Origin: Eledone cirrhosa
Taxonomy: Eukaryota
NCBI GenBank assembly: GCA_964016885.1
Contig: OZ024741.1
Coordinates: 26,288,001-26,352,000 of the forward strand
DNA: 64,000 nt
Reading direction: 5' to 3'
Shown: piece after piece, positions 52,301 to 64,000 of the stretch
Numbering within the stretch: position 1 is the first letter of the stretch
Layout: every line of letters begins with the position of its first letter
Program-made: the position numbers and the translations under genes
The notes under the pieces: generated by a model
The model's input: the letters and a program-made list of their open reading frames with translations, nothing else
Told to the model about the DNA's origin: nothing
Database searches by the model: none

Positions 52301-55300
52301 CCAATACTGTCTATAATGACAACAATAGTATTGAATATATACAATTTCTGGAGTCCAGTATTGGTATGTTCTATATACCAGGACTGGTGGATCAATACTG
52401 TCTATAATGACAACAATAGTATTGAATATATACAATTTCTGGAGTCCAGTATTGGTATGTTCTATATACCAGGACTGGTGGACCAATACTGTCTATAATG
52501 ACAACAATAGTATTGAATATATACAATTTCTGGAGTCAAGTATTGGTATGTTCTATATACCAGGACTGGTGGACCAATACTGTCTATAATGACAACAATA
52601 ATATTGAATATATACAATTTCTGGAGTCCAGTATTGGTATGTTCTATATACCAGGACTGGTGGACCAATACTGTCTATAATGACAACAATAGTATTGAAT
52701 ATATATAATTTCTGGAGTCAAGTATTGGTATGTTCTATATACCAAGACTGGTGGACCAATATTGTCTATAATGACAACAATAGTATTGAATATATATAAT
52801 TTCTGGAGTCCAGTATTTCTATGTTCTATATACCAGGACTGGTGGACCAATACTGTCTATAATGACAACAATAGTATTGAATATTTACAATTTCTGGAGT
52901 CCAGTATTGGTATGTTCTATATACCAGGACTGGTGGACCAATACTGTCTATAATGACAACAATTGTATTGAATATTTACAATTTCTGGAGTCCAGTATTG
53001 GTATGTTCTATATACCAGGACTGGTGGACCAATACTGTCTATAATGACAACAATTGTATTGAATATATATAATTTCTGGAGTCCAGTATTGGTATGTTCT
53101 ATATACCAGGACTGGTGGACCAATACTGTCTATAATGACAACAATTGTATTGAATATATATAATTTCTGGAGTCCAGTATTGGTATGTTCTATATACCAG
53201 GACTGGTGGACAAATACTGTCTATAATGACAACAATAGTATTGAATATATATAATTTCTGGAGTCCAGTATTGGTATGTTCTATATACCAGGACTGGTGG
53301 ACCAATACTGTCTATAATGACAACAATTGTATTGAATATATATAATTTCTGGAGTCCAGTATTGGTATGTTCTATATACCAGGAATGGTGGACCAATACT
53401 ATCTATAATGACAACAATAGTATTGAATATATACAATTTCTGGAGTCCAGTATTGGTATGTTCTATATACCAGGACTGGTGGACCAATACTGTCTATAAT
53501 GACAACAATAGTATTGAATATATACAATTTCTGGAGTCCAGTATTGCTATGTTCTATATACCAGGACTGGTGGACCAATACTGTCTATAATGACAACAAT
53601 AGTATTGAATATATACATTTTCTGGAGTCCAGTATTGGTATGTTCTATATACCAGGACTGGTGGACCAATACTGTCTATAATGACAACAATAGTATTGAA
53701 TATATACAATTTCTGGAGTCCAGTATTGGTATGTTCTATATACCAAGACTGGTGGACCAATACTGTCTATAATGACAACAATAGTATTGAATATATATAA
53801 TTTCTGGAGTCCAGTATTGCTATGTTCTATATACCAGGACTGGTGGACCAATACTGTCTATAATGACAACAATAGTATTGAATATATATAATTTCTGGAG
53901 TCAAGTATTGGTATGTTCTATATACCAGGACTGGTGGACCAATACTGTCTATAATGACAACAATTGTATTGAATATATACAATTTCTGGAGTCCAGTATT
54001 GGTATGTTCTATATACCAGGATTGGTGGACCAATACTGTCTATAATGACAACAATAGTATTGAATATATACAATTTCTGGAGTCCAGTATTGGTATGTTC
54101 TATATACCAGGACTGGTGGACCAATACTGTCTATAATGACAACAATAGTATTGAATATATATAATTTCTGGAGTCCAGTATTGGTATGTTCTATATACCA
54201 GGACTGGTGGACCAATACTGTCTATAATGACAACAATAGTATTGAATATATACAATTTCTGGAGTCCAGTATTGGTATGTTCTATATACCAGGACTGGTG
54301 GACCAATACTGTCTATAATGACAACAATAGTATTGAATATATACAATTTCTGGAGTCCAGTATTGGTATGTTCTATATACCAGGACTGGTGGACCAATAC
54401 TGTCTATAATGACAACAATAGTATTGAATATATACATTTTCTGGAGTCCAGTATTGGTATGTTCTATATACCAGGACTGGTGGACTAATACTGTCTATAA
54501 TGACAACAATAGTATTGAATATATATAATTTCTGGAGTCCAGTATTGGTATGTTCTATATACCAGGACTGGTGGACCAATACTGTCTATAATGACAACAA
54601 TAGTATTGAATATATACAATTTCTGGAGTCCAGTATTGGTATGTTCCATATACCAGGACTGGTGGACCAATACTGTCTATAATGACAACAATAGTATTGA
54701 ATATATATAATTTCTGGAGTCCAGTATTGGTATGTTCTATATACCAGGACTGGTGGACCAATACTGTCTATAATGACAACAATAGTATTGAATATATACA
54801 ATTTCTGGAGTCCAGTATTGGTATGTTCTATATACCAGGTCTGGTGGACCAATACTGTCTATAATGACAACAATAGTATTGAATATATACATTTTCTGTA
54901 GTCCAGTATTGGTATGTTCTATATACCAGGACTCGTGGACCAATACTGTCTATAATGACAACAATAGTATTGAATATATATAATTTCTGGAGTCCAGTAT
55001 TGGTATGTTCTATATACCAGGACTGGTGGACCAATACTGTCTATAATGACAACAATAGTATTGAATATATACAATTTCTGGAGTCCAGTATTGGTATGTT
55101 CTATATACCAGGACTGGTGGACCAATACTGTCTATAATGACAACAATAGTATTGAATATATACAATTTCTGGAGTCCAGTATTGGTATGTTCTATATACC
55201 AGGACTGGTGGACCAATACTGTCTATAATGACAACAATAGTATTGAATATATACATTTTCTGGAGTCCAGTATTGGTATGTTCTATATACCAGGACTGGT

Positions 55301-58300
55301 GGACCAATACTGTCTATAATGACAACAATAGTATTGAATATATGCAATTTCTGGAGTCCAGTATTGGTATGTTCTATATACCAGGACTGGTGGATCAATA
55401 CTGTCTATAATGACAACAATAGTATTGAATATATACAATTTCTGGAGTCCAGTATTGGTATGTTCTATATACCAGGACTGGTGGACCAATACTGTCTATA
55501 ATGACAACAATAGTATTGAATATATACAATTTCTGGAGTCAAGTATTGGTATGTTCTATATACCAGGACTGGTGGACCAATACTGTCTATAATGACAACA
55601 ATAATATTGAATATATACAATTTCTGGAGTCCAGTATTGGTATGTTCTATATACCAGGACTGGTGGACCAATACTGTCTATAATGACAACAATAGTATTG
55701 AATATATATAATTTCTGGAGTCCAGTATTTCTATGTTCTATATACCAGGACTGGTGGACCAATACTGTCTATAATGACAACAATAGTATTGAATATATAC
55801 AATTTCTGGAGTCCAGTATTGGTATGTTCTATATACCAGGACTGGTGGACCAATACTGTCTATAATGACAACAATAGTATTGAATATATACAATTTCTGG
55901 AGTCCAGTATTGGTATGTTCTATATACCAGGACTGGTGGACCAATACTGTCTATAATGACAACAATAGTATTGAATATATACATTTTCTGGAGTCCAGTA
56001 TTGGTATGTTCTATATACCAGGACTGGTGGACTAATACTGTCTATAATGACAACAATAGTATTGAATATATATAATTTCTGGAGTCCAGTATTGGTATGT
56101 TCTATATACCAGGACTGGTGGACCAATACTGTCTATAATGACAACAATAGTATTGAATATATACAATTTCTGGAGTCCAGTATTGGTATGTTCCATATAC
56201 CAGGACTGGTGGACCAATACTGTCTATAATGACAACAATAGTATTGAATATATATAATTTCTGGAGTCCAGTATTGGTATGTTCTATATACCAGGACTGG
56301 TGGACCAATACTGTCTATAATGACAACAATAGTATTGAATATATACAATTTCTGGAGTCCAGTATTGGTATGTTCTATATACCAGGTCTGGTGGACCAAT
56401 ACTGTCTATAATGACAACAATAGTATTGAATATATACATTTTCTGTAGTCCAGTATTGGTATGTTCTATATACCAGGACTCGTGGACCAATACTGTCTAT
56501 AATGACAACAATAGTATTGAATATATATAATTTCTGGAGTCCAGTATTGGTATGTTCTATATACCAGGACTGGTGGACCAATACTGTCTATAATGACAAC
56601 AATAGTATTGAATATATACAATTTCTGGAGTCCAGTATTGGTATGTTCTATATACCAGGACTGGTGGACCAATACTGTCTATAATGACAACAATAGTATT
56701 GAATATATACAATTTCTGGAGTCCAGTATTGGTATGTTCTATATACCAGGACTGGTGGACCAATACTGTCTATAATGACAACAATAGTATTGAATATATA
56801 CATTTTCTGGAGTCCAGTATTGGTATGTTCTATATACCAGGACTGGTGGACCAATACTGTCTATAATGACAACAATAGTATTGAATATATGCAATTTCTG
56901 GAGTCCAGTATTGGTATGTTCTATATACCAGGACTGGTGGATCAATACTGTCTATAATGACAACAATAGTATTGAATATATACAATTTCTGGAGTCCAGT
57001 ATTGGTATGTTCTATATACCAGGACTGGTGGACCAATACTGTCTATAATGACAACAATAGTATTGAATATATACAATTTCTGGAGTCAAGTATTGGTATG
57101 TTCTATATACCAGGACTGGTGGACCAATACTGTCTATAATGACAACAATAATATTGAATATATACAATTTCTGGAGTCCAGTATTGGTATGTTCTATATA
57201 CCAGGACTGGTGGACCAATACTGTCTATAATGACAACAATAGTATTGAATATATATAATTTCTGGAGTCCAGTATTTCTATGTTCTATATACCAGGACTG
57301 GTGGACCAATACTGTCTATAATGACAACAATAGTATTGAATATTTACAATTTCTGGAGTCCAGTATTGGTATGTTCTATATACCAGGACTGGTGGACCAA
57401 TACTGTCTATAATGACAACAATTGTATTGAATATTTACAATTTCTGGAGTCCAGTATTGGTATGTTCTATATACCAGGACTGGTGGACCAATACTGTCTA
57501 TAATGACAACAATTGTATTGAATATATATAATTTCTGGAGTCCAGTATTGGTATGTTCTATATACCAGGACTGGTGGACCAATACTGTCTATAATGACAA
57601 CAATTGTATTGAATATATATAATTTCTGGAGTCCAGTATTGGTATGTTCTATATACCAGGACTGGTGGACAAATACTGTCTATAATGACAACAATAGTAT
57701 TGAATATATATAATTTCTGGAGTCCAGTATTGGTATGTTCTATATACCAGGACTGGTGGACCAATACTGTCTATAATGACAACAATTGTATTGAATATAT
57801 ATAATTTCTGGAGTCCAGTATTGGTATGTTCTATATACCAGGAATGGTGGACCAATACTATCTATAATGACAACAATAGTATTGAATATATACAATTTCT
57901 GGAGTCCAGTATTGGTATGTTCTATATACCAGGACTGGTGGACCAATACTGTCTATAATGACAACAAAAGTATTGAATATATACAATTTCTGGAGTCCAG
58001 TATTGCTATGTTCTATATACCAGGACTGGTGGACTAATACTGTCTATAATGACAACAATAGTATTGAATATATACATTTTCTGGAGTCCAGTATTGGTAT
58101 GTTCTATATACCAGGACTGGTGGACCAATACTGTCTATAATGACAACAATAGTATTGAATATATACAATTTCTGGAGTCCAGTATTGGTATGTTCTATAT
58201 ACCAGGACTGGTGGACCAATACTGTCTATAATGACAACAATAGTATTGAATATATACATTTTCTGGAGTCCAGTATTGGTATGTTCTATATACCAGGACT

Positions 58301-61300
58301 GGTGGACCAATACTGTCTATAATGACTACAATAGTATTGAATATATACATTTTCTGGAGTCCAGTATTGGTATGTTCTATATACCAGGACTGGTGGACCA
58401 ATACTGTCTATAATGACAACAATAGTATTGAATATATACATTTTCTGGAGTCCAGTATTGGTATGTTCTATATACCAGGACTGGTGGACCAATACTGTCT
58501 ATAATGACAACAATAGTATTGAATATATACAATTTCTGGAGTCCAGTATTGGTATGTTCTATATACCAGGACTGGTGGATCAATACTGTCTATAATGACA
58601 ACAATAGTATTGAATATATACAATTTCTGGAGTCCAGTATTGGTATGTTCTATATACCAGGACTGGTGGACAAATACTGTCTATAATGACAACAATAGTA
58701 TTGAATATATACAATTTCTGGAGTCCAGTATTGGTATGTTCTATATACCAGGACTGGTGGACCAATACTGTCTATAATGACAACAATTGTATTGAATATT
58801 TACAATTTCTGGAGTCCAGTATTGGTATGTTCTATATACCAGGACTGGTGGACCAATACTGTCTATAATGACAACAATTGTATTGAATATATATAATTTC
58901 TGGAGTCCAGTATTGGTATGTTCTATATACCAGGACTGGTGGACCAATACTGTCTATAATGACAACAATTGTATTGAATATATATAATTTCTGGAGTCCA
59001 GTATTGGTATGTTCTATATACCAGGACTGGTGGACAAATACTGTCTATAATGACAACAATAGTATTGAATATATATAATTTCTGGAGTCCAGTATTGGTA
59101 TGTTCTATATACCAGGACTGGTGGACCAATACTGTCTATAATGACAACAATTGTATTGAATATATATAATTTCTGGAGTCCAGTATTGGTATGTTCTATA
59201 TACCAGGAATGGTGGACCAATACTATCTATAATGACAACAATAGTATTGAATATATACAATTTCTGGAGTCCAGTATTGGTATGTTCTATATACCAGGAC
59301 TGGTGGACCAATACTGTCTATAATGACAACAATAGTATTGAATATATACAATTTCTGGAGTCCAGTATTGCTATGTTCTATATACCAGGACTGGTGGACT
59401 AATACTGTCTATAATGACAACAATAGTATTGAATATATACATTTTCTGGAGTCCAGTATTGGTATGTTCTATATACCAGGACTGGTGGACCAATACTGTC
59501 TATAATGACAACAATAGTATTGAATATATACAATTTCTGGAGTCCAGTATTGGTATGTTCTATATACCAGGACTGGTGGACCAATACTGTCTATAATGAC
59601 AACAATAGTATTGAATATATACATTTTCTGGAGTCCAGTATTGGTATGTTCTATATACCAGGACTGGTGGACCAATACTGTCTATAATGACTACAATAGT
59701 ATTGAATATATACATTTTCTGGAGTCCAGTATTGGTATGTTCTATATACCAGGACTGGTGGACCAATACTGTCTATAATGACAACAATAGTATTGAATAT
59801 ATACATTTTCTGGAGTCCAGTATTGGTATGTTCTATATACCAGGACTGGTGGACCAATACTGTCTATAATGACAACAATAGTATTGAATATATACAATTT
59901 CTGGAGTCCAGTATTGGTATGTTCTATATACCAGGACTGGTGGATCAATACTGTCTATAATGACAACAATAGTATTGAATATATACAATTTCTGGAGTCC
60001 AGTATTGGTATGTTCTATATACCAGGACTGGTGGACAAATACTGTCTATAATGACAACAATAGTATTGAATATATACAATTTCTGGAGTCAAGTATTGGT
60101 ATGTTCTATATACCAGGACTGGTGGACCAATACTGTCTATAATGACAACAATAGTATTGAATATATACAATTTCTGGAGTCCAGTATTGGTATGTTCTAT
60201 ATACCAGGACTGGTGGACCAATACTGACTATAATGACAATTGTATTGAATATATATAATTTCTGGAGTCCAGTATTGGTATGTTCTATATACCAAGACTG
60301 GTGGACCAATACTGTCTATAATGACAACAATAATATTGAATATATACAATTTCTGGAGTCCAGTATTGGTATGTTCTATATACCAGGACTGGTGGACCAA
60401 TACTGTCTATAATGACAACAATAGTATTGAATATATATAATTTCTGGAGTCAAGTATTGGTATGTTCTATATACCAAGACTGGTGGACCAATATTGTCTA
60501 TAATGACAACAATAGTATTGAATATATATAATTTCTGGAGTCCAGTATTTCTATGTTCTATATACCAGGACTGGTGGACCAATACTGTCTATAATGACAA
60601 CAATAGTATTGAATATATATAATTTCTGGAGTCAAGTATTGGTATGTTCTATATACCAGGACTGGTGGGCAAATATTGTCTATAATGACGACAATAGTAT
60701 TGAATATATATAATTTCTGGAGTCCAGTATTGGTATGTTCTATATACCAGGACTGGTGGACAAATACTGTCTATAATGACAACAATAGTATTGAATATAT
60801 ATAATTTCTGGAGTCCAGTATTGGTATGTTCTATATACCAGGACTGGTGGACCAATACTGTCTATAATGACAACAATAGTATTGAATATATATAATTTCT
60901 GGATCAAGTATTGGTATGTTCTATATACCAAGACTGGTGGACCAATACTGTCTATAATGACAACAATAGTATTGAATATATATAATTTCTGGAGTCCAGT
61001 ATTGGTATGTTCTATATACCAGGACTGGTGGACCAACACTGTCTATCATGACAACAATAGTATTGAATATATACAATTTCTGGAGTCTAGTATTGGTATG
61101 TTTTATAGACCAAGACTGGTGGACCAATACTGTCTATAATGACAACAATAGTATTGAATATATATAATTTCTGGTGTCCAGTATTGGTTTGTTCTATATA
61201 CCAGGACTGGTGGACCAATACTGTCTATAATGACAACAATAGTATTGAATATATATAATTTCTGGAGTCCAGTATTGGTATGTTTTATATACCAGGACTG

Positions 61301-61323
61301 GTGGACCAATACTATCTATAATG
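28325..61323. repeat. 91-bp satellite, right block (about 363 monomers) with higher-order duplications
   Basis: Same monomer and orientation as the left block; variant patterns recur at offsets of 4634, 6731, 1547 and 1365 bp. Confidence 0.99.
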
Positions 61324-61519
61324 CTTTCTTGGTATGTTCTATATTCCTAGATTACTGGATAGATGAACAATCATACAAACTGAAGAATTTACATTTTGAT
61401 TAATCAATGGTTTGCATAAGAGAAGCCCTATAGTTTATCTTGATAACTGATACATGGAAGTGATTAATCAGAAAAAAGATATTTTAATAATTCATTTCTC
61501 ATATATTATTATTAAATGT

Positions 61520-61698
61520 GGATTGGCAGTATCGGTAGAGGGTCGGACGCCATGCTTTCCAGCATAGTTACGTCCCTTTTACGATCTGAGTTCAAATCCC
61601 GCCGAGGTTGACTTTGCCTTTCATCCTTACGGGGTCGATAAAATAAAGTACCAGTAATGCACTGGGTAATTGCTGGCCTTGTGCCAAAAGTAGAAACA
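61520..61698 (+). mobile_element. tRNA-derived SINE (young subfamily), 9-bp TSD
   Basis: A box TGGCAGTATCGG, B box GAGTTCAAATCC, central GGTTGACTTTGCCTTTCATCC..GGGGTCGATAAAATAAAGTACCAG resembling the Nin/Deu-type SINE domain; ATTAAATGT at 61511-61519 and 61699-61707. Confidence 0.9.
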
Positions 61699-61746
61699 AT
61701 TAAATGTCCAGTATATATGTAAAACTGAGATACAGGAATAAATGTA

Positions 61747-62060
61747 CTCTTGGGTCCCAAATAATAGGGGTGTTGGAATAAGTGGAAGGGTTTGGAATAA
61801 ACAGGCAGCAGCGCGGAAAATCGTTAATTTTTCTAGGTTGTCTCCGTTAATTAAAAAAAAAAACAGAATTAGTCCTATTTATTTTATAACATATGGGATT
61901 TCTAGTAATGTACTTCTTTTGTCATGTATGTTTTTTTAATCTATAAAGAAAATTAATTGTCATAGGAATATTACCATTTAAAATAATTTTTCCCGGGGAT
62001 AAAGTAGCAAAATTTAATAAGTGTGGATGGACGGACGAATGATTATTTGAGACTTGAGAG
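61747..62060 (-). mobile_element. MITE, full-length, TA target duplication
   Basis: TA-CTCTTGGGTCCCAAATAAT...ATTATTTGAGACTTGAGAG-TA; inverted homologue of 2315-2633. Confidence 0.85.
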
Positions 62061-62316
62061 TATGAGTAGGGACAATATTGTACCAGGTTGACCTTTTAAG
62101 TTGAACTGAATAGATAGAAACTGTTTGGGAGTCTGATGGATGGTCTGTACATGTAATTCAAAGAACCAGCCTTGTTACATGCTGAATCTCCCTGAGAATT
62201 ATGTTAAATGGTGGTGCTCCAGGATGGCCTGAACCAGTCATCTGGAATAGGTAAAGAGTAAATGTATATATGTGTGTGTGTGTGAAATGCTCAGATTACA
62301 AGTATGTTGTTCTTCC

Positions 62317-64000
62317 ATTGTTCAATCCCCAGGAACACACTCCTCACACCCAACACAGATCCAGTATATTTATTGTTCAATCCCCAGGAACACACTCCTC
62401 ACACCCAACACAGATCCAGTATATCTATTGTTCAATCCCCAGGAACACACTCCTCACACCCAACACAGATCCAGTATATCTATTGTTCAATCCCCAGGAA
62501 CACACTCCTCACACCCAACACAGATCCAATATATCTATTGTTCAATCCCCAGGAACACACTCCTCACACCCAACACAGATCCAGTATATTTATTGTTCAA
62601 TCCCCAGGAACACACTCCTCACACCCAACACAGATCCAGTATATCTATTGTTCAATCCCCAGGAACACACTCCTCACACCCAACACAGATCCAGTATATC
62701 TATTGTTCAAACCCCAGGAACACACTCCTCACACCCAACACAGATCCAGTATATCTATTGTTCAATCCCCAGGAACACACTCCTCACACCCAACACAGAT
62801 CCAGTATATCTATTGTTCAATCCCCAGGAACACACTCCTCACACCCAACACAGATCCAGTATATCAATTGTTCAATCCCCAGGAACACACTCCTCACACC
62901 CAACACAGATCCAGTATATTTATTGTTCAATCCCCAGGAACACACTCCTCACACCCAACACAGATCCAGTATATCTATTGTTCAATCCCCAGGAACACAC
63001 TCCTCACACCCAACACAGATCCAGTATATCTATTGTTCAATCCCCAGGAACACACTCCTCACACCCAACACAGATCCAGTATATCTATTGTTCAATCCCC
63101 AGGAACACACTCCTCACACCCAACACAGATCCAGTATATCTATTGTTCAATCCCCAGGAACACTTTCCTCACACCCAACACAGATCCAGTATATCTATTG
63201 TTCAATCCCCAGGAACACTTTCCTCACACCCAACACAGATCCAGTATATCTATTGTTCAATCCCCAGGAACACACTCCTCACACCCAACACAGATCCAGT
63301 ATATCTATTGTTCAATCCCCAGGAACACACTCCTCACACCCAACACAGATCCAGTATATTTATTGTTCAATCCCCAGGAACACACTCCTCACACCCAACA
63401 CAGATCCAGTATATCTATTGTTCAATCCCCAGGAACACACTCCTCACACCCAACACAGATCCAGTATATCTATTGTTCAATCCCCAGGAACACACTCCTC
63501 ACACCCAACACAGATCCAGTATATTTATTGTTCAATCCCCAGGAACACACTCCTCACACCCAACACAGATCCAGTATATCTATTGTTCAATCCCCAGGAA
63601 CACACTCCTCACACCCAACACAGATCCAGTATATTTATTGTTCAATCCCCAGGAACACACTCCTCACACCCAACACAGATCCAGTATATTTATTGTTCAA
63701 TCCCCAGGAACACACTCCTCACACCCAACACACATCCAGTATATCTATTGTTCAATCCCCAGGAACACACTCCTCACACCCAACACAGATCCAGTATATC
63801 TATTGTTCAATCCCCAGGAACACACTCCTCACACCCAACACAGATCCAGTATATTTATTGTTCAATCCCCAGGAACACACTCCTCACACCCAACACAGAT
63901 CCAGTATATCTATTGTTCAATCCCCAGGAACACATTCCTCACACCCAACACAGATCCAGTATATCTATTGTTCAATCCCCAGGAACACACTCCTCACACC
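62317..64000. repeat. 55-bp tandem repeat (at least 30 copies, runs off window end)
   Basis: Unit ATTGTTCAATCCCCAGGAACACACTCCTCACACCCAACACAGATCCAGTATATCT; strong C/A versus G/T strand skew. Confidence 0.98.

Noticed and set aside
21047-61323. Hundreds of 60-128 aa ORFs; possible CRISPR array or repeat-protein gene
   Set aside because: They are translations of a 91-bp unit (not a multiple of 3); there are no unique spacers, no cas genes, and the context is eukaryotic.
62317-62372. Common origin of the 55-bp and 91-bp units
   Set aside because: Only TCCAGTAT and TGTTC are shared, too little in AT-rich DNA.

Overview
AT-rich eukaryotic genomic DNA, probably an octopod cephalopod (inferred from the repeat repertoire, not verified). 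Positions 1-21 kb hold two convergent spliced genes: TMEM177 (+, two coding exons) and a three-exon, GPI-anchored Ly6/uPAR three-finger gene of quiver/sleepless type (-), which the ORF track does not show intact. Its 13-kb first intron is packed with transposon debris: a full-length but decayed 4.18-kb Ty3/Gypsy LTR retrotransposon, CRE- and RTE-clade LINE fragments, tRNA-derived SINEs, a MITE fold-back, and a 45-bp minisatellite that arose inside a SINE head. Positions 21.0-61.3 kb are a ~420-copy array of a dyad-rich 91-bp satellite with nested multi-kb duplications, interrupted once by a 2.2-kb unclassified insert ending in a perfect 169-bp inverted repeat. The window starts in a 52-bp and ends in a 55-bp tandem array. 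The hundreds of short ORFs in the satellite are artefacts. The most unusual signal is the Gypsy primer-binding site: it has no TGG and is exactly complementary to the first 12 nt (5' end) of tRNA-Phe, suggesting non-canonical priming.
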